Shown here: piece by piece, positions 1 to 12,425 of the stretch
How positions within the stretch are numbered: position 1 is the stretch's first letter
Layout of the letters: every line of letters begins with the position of its first letter
NCBI GenBank assembly: GCA_964016885.1
Contig: OZ024743.1
Coordinates: forward strand, 11,904,001-11,968,000
Length of the DNA: 64,000 nucleotides
Origin: Eledone cirrhosa
Taxonomy: Eukaryota
Direction of reading: 5' to 3'
The notes under the pieces: generated by a model
Databases searched by the model: none
What the model saw: the letters and a program-made list of their open reading frames with translations, nothing else
What the model was told of the DNA's origin: nothing
Position numbers and translations under genes: made by a program

Positions 1-69
1 AGAGCACTCGATGTTTAGGTTCACTTCTGTGATGAGGTGTAGAACTATACAGAGTGTAATATATTGAAA

Positions 70-360
70 GGATAACAAGGACGATTGATTACTCCTTCAT
101 TGCATTTATTGATAGGTGACGCGCGTTTCGCCACTGATCAGCTCAAGGTTCGATCTGTATCGATCCTACCCGACTCAATAATCGGCGACTCGACGGACGC
201 TTTTAAAATGCTATAAGAAAATTTTAAAAGGGTCCGTCGAGCCGCCGATTATTGAGTCGGGTAGGATCGATACAGATCGAACCTTGAGCTGATCAGTGGC
301 GAAACGCGCGTCACCTATCAATAAATGCAATGAAGGAGTAATCAATCGTCCTTGTTATCC
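70..360. mobile_element. Fold-back palindrome (arms about 70-209 and 221-360) carrying the 3' half of a hammerhead motif; probable PLE terminal-repeat derivative
   Basis: GGATAACAAGGACGATTG... at 70 is the reverse complement of ...CAATCGTCCTTGTTATCC ending at 360. I saw two mismatches and an 11-nt loop. Each arm contains GGC-GAAA-CGCGCG-TC-ACCT followed by AATAAA. It abuts (TA)n. Confidence 0.75.
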
Positions 361-735
<375 letters not shown>

Positions 736-2804
736 GTTAATCATAAGTTACTTTAGGATTAAGTAGATCACTCATATCTATCTATTATATATATATATAT
801 ATATATATACATACATATATTGTGATAGATAAATATGAATTTTTTTTACTCACTGTATATACGAACAGATACTTATTTATTGATTTGGTGGCAATACTTA
901 AAGAAATCGTTATATTATGTGAGAGCGATATGTCCTTTTTCAGTGCCAGAACCTTGTTCCTTTGAAACTATGTTGAATGATTCCACTTAAACGTGTCATG
1001 TTTATCAATGGAATAAATAGTATTAGAGGACAGAGGAAAGTAAAATAAAAGTAAAAGAATGATAAATAATATATATATATATATATATATAAAGGAGGGG
1101 AATGACGTAAAGAAAACAAAAACCGAAAGAAGCAGTAAAGAAAACTCATGAAATAATAAAATCCTATATGATAATATACACTGTATTGAGACATAAACGG
1201 AAATAACTAAGAGAAAAAAGGAAAATTCTAAAAGTATGAAAAAATGATAAGAACGATGACTGAAAAAAAAAAAACATCACTAGAAGATGCAATCTCTTTT
1301 GAACATAAGAATCTTTGAGAGGAATTTTTTAATGAAATAACTTATAACTTTATCAAAAGTACTTTGTGCATCTACATTACCAAATATGAAAAAGTTTTAT
1401 AACATATTGTGTCAGTTGAAGACAGATCTGAATATTTCCTCTTCAAGTAGAGTATCTAAAATTAGCACACTCAAGTAGGCCCGAGAAATGGCAAGCTTGC
1501 AATAAGCCCAAAGACAGACGTAAAGATAAAACGTAACCCTTCGAAGCAGGAAATGTACCTGGGGAAGATAGGAAAATTGGGCACCATTTGAAGCTGCTCG
1601 TTAAATATTTTAGTGATTAGTTCTGAATACATATACTCACTGTATGGGATACAGGTATATATATATGAATGTAGTCTAAATGATAAAGAAAATAAAAGAA
1701 TGAGAGCTCCAGGTGAGTACAATGAAACTGCTTGATTTGAAACCGCTCATGAAATTTTATAGCAATCAATGCTAAATGCATTGATTTATGTGTGGGTTAC
1801 GAGTATATACATGTAGATATGGTGTACTTACTTCGCCCTCTCTCTCTCTATCATTCTCTGGAAGAAATCGGCTGTGTTTAAACATGGAGAGAGATGGGCT
1901 TCGTCGGGTTTGGAATGCTCAAGAAACTACATATCCATCGGGAGTTACGGGTTCATATATACATAGTATACTTGCTTTATTTAAAAGAAACAGAACAAAA
2001 TGAAAAATAGACCTAGAGGCGAGCAGCCTCCCTCAAAATCGTATGCTAACTAGCACATTTTCTCTCACTTTTGGTCTGGTCTCTGTATAAACTAACAAAA
2101 CAATCCAAAATGCTTATTGTACAGTTCTACTGCGACTCACAGCACTAAACGCATAGTACTAATAAACAATAATCTTTACTGAACTGTCACAAATGAGATA
2201 TTTTGAGCATGGTCACCGCATTGCGTCGATCTGATGCCTTTGTGACTGGTTTTCACTTTTCGAATCTTTAGGGGAAAAAGTAGAAATGGAAAAGTATGAC
2301 GGCAATACTCTTTTCAAGGTATATAAATGAAACAACACAGATGGAAACTACAATTATATTGCAGTCAAAGTGATTCTTAGGCATTACAGTACTAATCATC
2401 CGTATTAATCATCACATTTCTCCCGCTACACAATACCTCGACATACAATCATGTTCGAGGATTTGTTTCATTAAAACAGGAAGTAGCATGAATTAAACTA
2501 TTGTTGTTTTGGAGTTAGAAGAATAAGCAGAAAAGTGACAGAATTATTCTGATTCTTTTTTTCTATGTTATTTCAATTTGCAATGTGTGAACAACAGTTT
2601 CGCTCAGGTTTCCAATGTGCCAATCATTGGTTCACTGCTTTTCTAATCCTTCGCTGATATATATTGCCAAAATATTGACAAACACAGAAACACACATATA
2701 TTTATCTATGCATGTATGTATGCATGTTTGCATATATGTATATATATATATAAGCACGTACGCACACACACACACACATATATATATATGTATATATGTG
2801 TATA

Positions 2805-3420
2805 TAGAAATTAGAAGACCAAAGATAAACAGAAAGAATGAGTGGAACAACAACAACACCCAAACAAACAACACTGACCTAAGAGAAGTATAAATAAGTA
2901 AATAAAATAAAATAAAATAAGATAAATAAATACATACACAAGCACAATAACAACAAGCACATAAACACACACTAGTCACCCAGCAGACACAACACTATAC
3001 ACACTAGTCACACAGCACACATAACACTATACACACACGCAAACGGATGCGCAAAGAAGACAAAATAAAATAAAATAAACAAACAAGCAAATAAATAAAT
3101 AAATATATAGACAGACTGAATAAAAAATGGCGTAGACATACAACACAACAGGAGGAACAAAGAATATAACACCACTGACGATGTTGCAGATGTGCAACGA
3201 AAGATTTATGTAAATTATGTAAACTATATATATGTGTTTGTGTCTATATTGTATCTGTATTATTTTTGACCGTCGGTCAGTCAATGGCAACATTGAGGAC
3301 CGAGTAAGTTAGATCGCAGATATAAAAGACAGCGAGAAGCGAAAACCAACCAAACAGTGAGTGTGTTCTGTTATTAATTCTGGCAATATTACGCAAATAT
3401 GACCCTCCCCAAGTATAACA

Positions 3421-3424
<4 letters not shown>
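2805..3424 (+). mobile_element. Solo 3' end of a Penelope-like element related to the 55.3-59.2 kb family
   Basis: Encodes RPKINRKNEWN, compared with QPKLNRKYEWN at the C-terminus of the 55785-57386 ORF. Contains an HHR at 3173-3210. Shares the terminal motif ATGACCCTCCC(C/A)AAGTATAACAAT with about 55375-55398 on the minus strand. Ends in (TA)n. Confidence 0.75.
3173..3210 (+). ncRNA. Minimal type I hammerhead ribozyme motif (weak stem I)
   Basis: CA-CTGACGA-T-GTTGCA-gatg-TGCAAC-GAAA-GATT-TA-TG: intact CUGANGA and GAAA boxes with a 6-bp stem II. Confidence 0.7.
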
Positions 3425-3467
<43 letters not shown>

Positions 3468-4437
3468 CATATATATATATATATATATTAAGTGTAATGA
3501 ATTCTATTACAATGAAATTAGCTCAAAGAAAGAAATATTTCTGAGCCGTGTAAAACATTTAAATATAAATTAATATATATGATGAAACACAAATACCAAC
3601 ATATCTGTATTTATATTGTAAAAGAAAATTTAGTTAGTTAGAATGAAGTATACTAATTATAATATTACAGTCTGCCCATATCGATTTAAAATAATAAATC
3701 AACAAAGACAAACAGTATTGCCAAATGGCCATGATGTTTAGACACATTTAAATTTCAAAATCAAACCTGTTCCGTAGATAAGTTTAAACTTTAAAATCCA
3801 AATATGTTTCGAGATAAAAAAAGTGTAAGGATATCATGTCCTGCTCTCTTCAGTAAACATCCAGGAACAAATTGATATGCTTCACTTCCAAATATTTTAA
3901 AAGACTGTGTAACTTTCTTATTTACGTCTTTCATATAATTGTTCTGCATCTCCTTGCATAGAACCACAAAGTTACTAAGACAAAACATATATATTTGCTA
4001 ACATAGGTATGCATCTGTATACATATGTCGGTAGATATACTAATTCTTTATAATTATCTCCAAATTATTTGTTGAGCAAAATTTGCTGAAATTACTACTG
4101 TGATTAATAGTAGTGGCTAGGCTCTGTCTTAATAGCACCCCCACTCCTAGCTGATTAACCTCAGTGTCACGTGATTGATTCTTTTGAATTTGCCACTTGA
4201 CCAAGTAGGCAGTAAATTTTTCAATGTCTTGGAATCTAGCCCCCGCTCGCTTTTTTCCTTCCACTGAATTATTTTTATATAAGTTCCCAGTGTCCCCGCA
4301 TTGCCTGGAAGCTTAGTTGAGAATAGACTCCCTGATGACGTACACTCCGTAACCATATTTATCCTCTTACAGAAACTAATTAGTTGGAGTGAAATTTTAG
4401 TAAGTAAGTCAATTTTCATAACTTTCTTATTTACGTC

Positions 4438-4489
<52 letters not shown>

Positions 4490-4491
<2 letters not shown>

Positions 4492-4980
4492 ATAATAATA
4501 AATTTGAAGACTAAAATCCAAAGAGGGCTCGATAAGGATAAATATATATCAAATATATAAGAACCGTAGAGTAAATATTTATTAAAATAACAGATTAAAG
4601 TTTAAGCAAAGAATCGCTGCTTTCACCCTTAACGGGATCTTCTGAAACAAAAAAAAAAAAACAATCTGTGAACGAAGAAGTAAATATTTTAAAAAACGTT
4701 GCAACCGAAGAAAGACAGGAAGACGATACTTTGGTTCGTGGAAACGTTCCCTGGCAAAGAACGGATAAAGACAAAGATAATACGTCATAATTTGGAGCGG
4801 TGAAAACAATTACACGCAAAAACCAAAGTATCGTCTTCCTGTCTTTCTTCGGTTGCAACGTTTTTTAAAATATTTACTTCTGCGTTCACAGATTGATTTT
4901 TTTTAGTTTCAGAAGATCCCGTTAAGGGTGAAAGCAGCGGTTCTTTGCTTAAACTTTAATCTGTTATTTTAATAAATATA
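4490..4980. mobile_element. Fold-back element with about 160-bp inverted arms (about 4576-4736 and 4821-4980) and a one-sided tail (4490-4575), between TA arrays
   Basis: TTTATTAAAATAACAGATTAAAG...GATACTTTGGTT pairs with AACCAAAGTATC...CTTTAATCTGTTATTTTAATAAA. A related rearranged copy lies at 60800-60935. Confidence 0.8.
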
Positions 4981-5264
4981 TATATATATATTTATTTATT
5001 TATTTATCATATTATATATTCATTATTCTCTCACAACCCCTACCTCTTTCTCTCTATCTTTCTCTCTCTCTATTCATGAAGATATCCGAAAAAAAACCCG
5101 TATCTCTGGGACCCGGGCTCCGATTTACGCGAAACTTGTTTTATTCCATTTGTATTTGCATTTCAAATACTTCTTATCACAGTATTTTCTTACTATGCGC
5201 CGTTTTGACTATATTAAATTACAGACAAATTACATTCACAGAGTTTTAGTAGTATATAGATAGC

Positions 5265-5557
<293 letters not shown>

Positions 5558-5562
5558 GAAGG

Positions 5563-5740
5563 AACATGGCTTAGTGGTTAGAGCATTGTAGTTATAGTCG
5601 TGAGGTTGGGAGTTCGATTTCCGAACCGAGTGGCGCGTTGTGTCCTTGCAAGACATATTATTTTTCAACTGGAAAAAATGAGTTGCGACGTCACTGGTTT
5701 CAAGCTGTATCGGCTTTACATTACCTTTGCATAACATCGG
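5563..5740 (+). mobile_element. tRNA-derived SINE (family 2)
   Basis: A-box TGGCTTAGTGG, B-box GTTCGATTTCC, then the GTTGTGTCCTTG..CAAGACA body motif. A related minus-strand copy lies at 61100-61220. Confidence 0.7.
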
Positions 5741-5839
5741 AGACAGCTTATCTTTCATAAAAACACTTTGCCAGGACCTACTTTTCGGAGGGGAACATAC
5801 TAGGTGCAAATCCCATGAGGCTCTTTACCTGTAAACACA

Positions 5840-6452
5840 TTCGATTGCTTTAAATTATAGCTTAGACTAATTACCTTCATTACTCCCAAGGATTGAAAAA
5901 AGTAGACAGCGGTCGCTACGACAAATAGGACTCCGTATCTCAAACCATTGACCTACGATAATTAGATAAATATCTCGAACTGCCTTTGAATGTAACAACA
6001 TTGTATGCAAAGTATCAAACTATCGAAGCTACAATCTAGCTACTTATTAAATTCATAGAAAATATAGGAGTTCCAGATGCAGAAAATAACTGCAAAAAAA
6101 CAGTCGATTGCTATAAATAATAGCTTAGAAAATTGGATAAAATACTCTTGTGGACGGGAAAGGGGTCAACGGCCGTTACGAAGAATCGAACTTTAATTTT
6201 GGCTGAGTGCTCTAACTATTGAGATATGCGAGTTCTGACGATAATCTCCGCCGAAATTAGCTAAATCGAACAACTTTGGAATGTAAATAAAATATTATGT
6301 CAAGTATTGAACTGGGTAGTTATGAAATTCATAGAAAATGCTGGAGTCACAGGCGCAGAAGACAACTGTAAGAACAGTCGATTCGTATTAATGATAGCTT
6401 AGAATATTGGATAAAATACCTCTATGGACGGAAAACATTGTTCAACGGCCGA
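5840..6452. repeat. Diverged tandem repeat, about 275-bp unit, about 2.3 copies
   Basis: AAATTCATAGAAAAT..GGAGT..CAG..GCAGAA...CAGTCGATT...TAGCTTAGAA.ATTGGATAAAATAC..GGACGG..TCAACGGCCG occurs at about 6049-6175 and 6325-6451. A partial third copy starts at about 5840. Confidence 0.75.
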
Positions 6453-6466
6453 ATTCCGAATATATA

Positions 6467-6519
<53 letters not shown>

Positions 6520-6569
6520 GGGAGAGAGAGAGATGAAGAAAGCTAAAATTCGAAACCGCTTGCCGACAA

Positions 6570-6870
6570 TCTCTCATGTCGAGTTTTCCTCCTTAACACA
6601 GCTAGGCACGCAGCTCAAAAACTGACCCTTCACTTCAGAGCTACAAAATACTCCAAGCCCACTTATTTACTGGTCTTCTTCAAAGCTCAGGTGAGACTCA
6701 TAATGAAGTTCTGCTCCCATAATGGTTCTGCTGCAAACTCAGACATCATAGACAGCATCCAGGGAAATGCCATTCGACTAAATGGGATAAAGTCACTTAC
6801 AGAAACACTCAAGTCCTTAGCCCACAGACGTGTTTTCTCCTTTCTCTCTCAAATCACTATTACAATGGCC
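6570..6870 (+). mobile_element. Degenerate CR1/L2-type LINE 3' ORF2 fragment
   Basis: Translates to LFKAQVRLIMKFCSH...DSIQGNAIRL...LKSLAHRR, resembling the CR1 consensus LYKxxVRPxLEYCS...LxxRR. Confidence 0.55.
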
Positions 6871-8039
6871 TCAATCGTTTGTTTGGGAATTCAATATAAT
6901 TCCTTGATCAAACTCTCTCTTATAAAAGAGGAAAAAGGGAGAGAAACTAGAAAACAACAGAAAGATAGAATTAAAAGTTTAACAAAAACAGAGAGATTTC
7001 AAAAAGAAAGAAGAAAATGTAGGGAGAAAAAGAAACATCAAAAGTGAGAATTTCTGTACGAAAAAATTACTAAAAATCTTTTTCAATAGAATTTTTGAAA
7101 ATCCATATTTTCCTTTTATATACAAATTCTAAAAGAATAGCAAAGAAAAAGAAAAAAACTTTATTGACTGCCATATTGTCAGAAGTTTCAAACATACTTG
7201 TATAAAGTTTGAAACGTGCTCATAATAACAATAACGAAAAACGAAATGAACTGATTTCCGTTAGAGTTAAAAAAATAGAGTGGCAGCAGATATATTTCAG
7301 TGTTTATTAACCTTAGAATCATATTTGCTGAATGTTGTTTTTATATATATGTCTAGTACGAAAAAAACCAAGTGATGCAGGGAAAATCGGAGGTAAGAAG
7401 AAGTATAAAAACAGCAAATAATAACTTATATGAGTTCACAAATGAAAAAAAAAAAAAACATGAAATAAAAGAACAAAATATGTTTTTTGAGTGTTGAATG
7501 TACTTTGTTGTTCAAACAGGTCTGTTTATGACATGGAAAAAGTAGAGAAAGAGAACAGAATGGATAGTGCAATGAACGCAAAAGAAAAAGAAAGCACATA
7601 CACAGAAAGAATATAACAATGATAAATAGCAATAAAGAAAGAAAGCAAGTGGCAAATGTGAAAGAATATGAGAAATATAGGAAATTGAAATATAGAGAAA
7701 AAGAAAGATGTGTGTACAGACAGAATAGATATAAGAAAGAGAATTTGAATGGAGTGAATGAAGCAAGGGAAGAATGAAAAGGCAAAGGAATGAGTGAATG
7801 CAAAAAAAAAAAAGAATAAACAGACGAATTTAATGAAAAAAACGAAAAAGTTATTGTTTAGCCCTAGGACAACCTTGCTAACTGAGCAGTCTTATAAAAA
7901 GTGTTCAAGTTCTGACCATTTTGTCATTTTCTGAAACATTGATCGAATAGCAAAATAGACAATTTCTAACCTTGGAATATCCACGTTCATAGCCTAATTC
8001 TGTTTGTGACTATAATAGTTATATCAGTTCTAAGTGATA

Positions 8040-8249
8040 GCAACGTGGGCCATGTTCACGCCTGGGATACAGCAAATGGAGCCTTCGCAAAGGGGCAGCG
8101 CCTAAAATATCTACGAAGAGTCAAACAGATCTGCAGTAGGACTGAAATCTCATTTGAGGAGTGATGGGCGGAAAGATACTGTTAATGATAGAATTGTAGT
8201 ATCACAAGAGACGGCCATCATCTGTGAAGGTGGAACAATCACCATGCAC

Positions 8250-8255
<6 letters not shown>
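8040..8255 (+). mobile_element. Degenerate RTE-type 3' end with C2H2-finger remnant, followed by a (TATG)n tail
   Basis: 8127-8168 translates RSAVGLKSHLRSDG, compared with [14 protein letters not shown] in the 600-bp RTE element. It ends GGCCATC...CACCATG like that element and runs into (TATG)n. Confidence 0.55.
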
Positions 8256-8286
<31 letters not shown>

Positions 8287-8312
8287 TGTATGTATGTATG
8301 TATGTATGTATG

Positions 8313-11300
8313 TTTTCTCTTTCTCTTAATTTTGAGTATATTTTTTGACCGGCCACCTTCCTGGTGGCAAGGTTGTAAAAGAAAAGAAATTGTCATCCCT
8401 TGAATCGCAAGAATGTTTTGCAAATTTTGAAGGTGCCAGCTATCGCAGCCATTTGTAGACTATGAATTAGGGAGCTGCGCTTTTTGTCCGCAAATCCAAG
8501 TTCAGTCATACTTTGGTCCAAGCGGGTTGGTATATAACCCGTAGCACCAATAATGATGGGTATGAAGCTAAAGGTGTATCTTGGATACTGGATTTGTAAA
8601 CTCCTCATCAATGGTCCGTAGATGTCCTCCTTCTCCTGTATTTTTCTGACAACGTTTACATCAAGTGGGCAGCTGATCTCCACAACAGAACACGTTTTCA
8701 ATGTGTGGTCCCAAACTACAATATCAGGCCGGTTGTGCTTTAATTTGGTGGCAGTTTTTATTTTCAGGTTCCACCAGTATTCCTTAGTGCCATCTGTCTC
8801 AATATATTCTTCCTCGTTTGTTGTTAATTTTGTTTTCCGAAGTGCGTTCCAGATGGTTCTAGCTATCCCATCGTGTCTCATGGGGAGGTAGTAGCGAGAT
8901 GACATTCTTTCGCAGCTGGCAACAATGTGGCTTACATCCTCGATCTTTGTTTTACATAGCCTACATTTATTGTCAGCTGCTGGCCCTCCTCTTTTGTGCA
9001 GCAGATATTTGGTAGGGAGTTCTTGTTCCTGTATTGCATAGAGATATCCCTCAAGGTGTGATGTCATAAACTTGTCGGAACTCCATGCCAGGCTTTTTGA
9101 GTGGTTTATCCCCTCTATGGTCTGTGTTTTACGCCTCAAGTATCCATGCACAACTTTTTCTGTAAATTGGTCAATTTTTTTTTCTTGTTTGAACATTGAA
9201 TAGGATCTTCCGATTTCTCTGGGTGAGAGATTTATATCGGGCTTTATTCCATATCTCTCCTCCAGATCAGTCGCTATTCTAATGATATTTCTTTTTTCAT
9301 GGTCATAAACCTGGGCAAGATGGTTGCCAACCTTTTTCCTCTGTTGAAGGTGTTGCTTCAGTGTCACTATCCGGGTCTCATATGTTGTTAATATTGATTT
9401 TAGACCCCGGCCACCCTCCTTGCGTGAGAAGTATAGCCTATCCACATCACCATTGATGTTAAAGTTCCCAGTAACACTGAGAAGTTTTCGAGTTCTAACA
9501 TCCATCTCACTTAGTTCTTGCAATGACCAGTTCAGTAGGCCAAATGTTGGCGTTAGAATTGGCACAGCATAAGTATTGTGGGCAAGGTATTTGTTGTATG
9601 CTGACAGTTCTGATGACCATATTTTCTTTACTCTTCTGAGGTATTCAGTTCTGGTTCTCTCCTTATTTATGGGTCCATCATATCTGACATTCTCATCCTG
9701 TCCAAGATATCTGTAGTTGTCACCTGACTGCAGAGGTTGTATTGTCAGGCCGTTCATCTCTAGATTTCTAGAGGAGGGCACAGCTCTTCCACGTTTTACT
9801 GCCAAATATGCACACTTGGACTCACCAAATTTCATTTTGATGTCGGTTGAAAATTGTGTAATGAGGTCCAATTGTTTCTTGATGTCATTGATATTTGGCC
9901 CATACAACTTCAGGTCATCAACAAAGAAAAGATGGGAGATACTTCTGGTCCCACTTCTTTGTCGACCTTGTTTCCTGAGTAGGTAAGATAGTGGATTCAG
10001 TGAGAGAACGAAGAGTAGCACTGACAAGCTATCACCCTGAAAGATGCCCTTCTGGTAATGTATCTTATCAGTCTTAACCTGCTCCTTCTCACCTCTAAGG
10101 ATCAAACTGGTGTACCAGTTCTTGGTCAGGCGTTCAACAGCAGCTACCAATGGTTGTGGGACTTTAGCTAACTGTAAAGCCTTAACAATCCACCCATGAG
10201 GTACACTATCAAATGCTTTTTGATAGTCCAGCCACACGACAGTCATGTTTCTGCGATTCTTTGTTGTTTTTTCCTGAATCATTTTGTTAGTTAGTAGGTG
10301 ATCTATGCAACCCCACACCTCCCTCTTTCCACCAGCTTGCTCAGGTGTTATGATGTTGTTGGTAGCACAGTGATCCTGTAAGAACAGGTTAAGGCACCCA
10401 GTATATAATTTATACATGATGTTTTGGCAGGCAATTGGGCGGTAATTTTTAGCAAGGGTGGTTTGGCTATTTTTGGGAATGAGGAGAGTAGAGGCAGTTG
10501 ATAACCATCTGGGCAGTTCTTGTGTGCCCTTAATGGTTTCTGTAAACAGCCGTATGATATCTTGCCGATAGAAAGTGAAATTCTTCAACCAGTATCCTGT
10601 AATGAGGTCTGGGCCTGGCGATTTCCTATTCGACATTTTCTGTAGAGCTGTTTCCAGTATTGACCCATCTATGTCATATTGTTTTGTCTGGACATGTTGG
10701 CAGTAGTCCTGTTCCAGTTCTTTTAGCCAATTAGCTTGTCTGTTGAATCCGTCATCCGTTTCCCATACAGATCTCCAGTAGCTCTCAACCTGTTCTTTTG
10801 AAGGGTGTCATTTACAGAGATTGAGCTTTTGCCACCGAAGCTGCGATAAACTGATTTAGGATCTCTGGCAAACAATCTATTTAGCACTTGTCGTTTATGT
10901 GCTGTTGACTTATATTTTAGTCTTTCTGTTGTAGCTGTGAGTTGTTGTTTCAACTGGTGTAATTTGGAGTTCAAAGTTTTAAATTTTGTATCTCCAAATC
11001 TTCTCTCTAACTTTTTCTTTAGGTCTTCCTGGTGTTGTGTGAAGTTGCTCTCTATGTTGCATTTCATAACGACTGCGATGTGTGAGATACTTCGTCTCAG
11101 GGACAAAATTTTGGTTTTTAAATTTCGCATCCACGCTGGTTCAGGCTTTCTGTTTGTATCTTGATTGCGTGGTTTTAGATGTGTGTTATATGCTAGCAAT
11201 GTGACAGCTGAAACATATAACAAAACATTAAGCGTTTCAAATGTCGTTTCTACACCTTTAGATCGTATAGCCTTCAGATAATTGCCAGCTATTTCGTTCA

Positions 11301-12338
11301 CCGCTTCCAATTCCAATTTAGTGGGTTCTTTACTGACTCTAGTGTTGTATGGTCTGTCACTCACATTAAGGCTGTGTATCTCTTGAAACATATCATTCCA
11401 TATCACTTGTAGGGAGCCCACAAGTTTTTGGTGCTCTGTTTGTTCAGTAGAGTCATGAATTTCAGCCTCGTTGTTGATGTGGTGACAATTACTACTAGAG
11501 TCAGCTGACCTTTCTCGCTGTTCTTCAGTGGAAGTGGGATGAATTTCAGCAAAATTGTTGGTGAGCTGTTCACTGTTAGATTTAGCTGGCCATTCCCTTT
11601 GTCTGTCAGTGGAGGTGGGGTGGTTGTCTACAAGGGCTGTATTTGTAGTATCACTCGATTCCGTTAGATGTATCAATTTACATCTAATGATACGTTTTGC
11701 CTGTTCATTTAAATGCTTTGGAGAAAAGTCTAATTCTGGGTGTTTGGAGTTCCATAAAGTTTTTAGCCTTTGCATAAAACCGAACTTTTGGGGTTCAGAT
11801 TGTTTGTATGCTTCATATAATACTTTGTTAAGCTCGTAGGTCCACTGTATACAACGGTTGTAATTGCGATTTGGTCGAAGGAGACTTGTACTTTTTGCCA
11901 TGATGAGTTCGTCTATTCACTAATATTTCGTATTTATTTTTCAAAATAGTCGATGATCTTCTTTAAAAGTTACGACAAAGTTCTGTCAGAATCAAATTTA
12001 AAGTTATTCACAGCTTGAGTAATATTTCTTTTCAGTTAGTTTTTAATTCTACAGCTGTGTTTTATATAAATGTAATATTTCTTTATAAATGTAATATAAC
12101 AACGTTGCATTTATATGTTAAAGTGTATGTATCGTTCATATATCATAAGTGTATGTATCGTTCATATAAATAGGTGTTTTACAACACACTTACAGTTCAA
12201 ACACTTATGTAGAATTATTGTATGTAATCTTACCGCGTAATGTAGCTCAACTTTTTCCAATATATGGTATGTTGCCTTCATGTAAGCCGTAATTACACAC
12301 GTCCGATTATCGGACACTGACCACAACGGTCGCCATTT
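8313..12338 (-). mobile_element. Full-length R4/Dong-clade (RLE) non-LTR retrotransposon, family 1, inserted in (TATG)n
   Basis: One long ORF broken by a single frameshift, with a short 3' UTR. (TATG)n lies on both flanks (8259-8312 and 12343-12426). Confidence 0.9.
8393..11901 (-). CDS. R4-type polyprotein (RT, CCHC finger, restriction-like endonuclease), about 1169 aa if one frameshift near 10804 is repaired
   Basis: RT motifs KSPGPD, NYRPIAC, WLDYQKAFDSVPH, GIFQGDSLS and HLFFVDDLKLY. Finger CRLC...HIVASC. RLE motifs RHD and HNRPDIVVWD...VVEISCP. The upstream ORF continues in the shifted frame as PSKEQVESYWRSVWE. Confidence 0.9.
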
Positions 12339-12372
<34 letters not shown>

Positions 12373-12425
12373 TGTATGTATGTATGTATGTATGTATGTA
12401 TGTATGTATGTATGTATGTATGTAT

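Noticed and set aside
4331-4355. Other CTGATGA occurrences (4332, 21004, 50101, 50442, 51834)
   Set aside because: No stem II followed by GAAA, so these are not hammerheads.
12240-12338. Possible 5' ribozyme in the R4 elements (also 31700-31796)
   Set aside because: Only short hairpins such as GTCCGATAATCGGAC are present, with no recognisable catalytic core.
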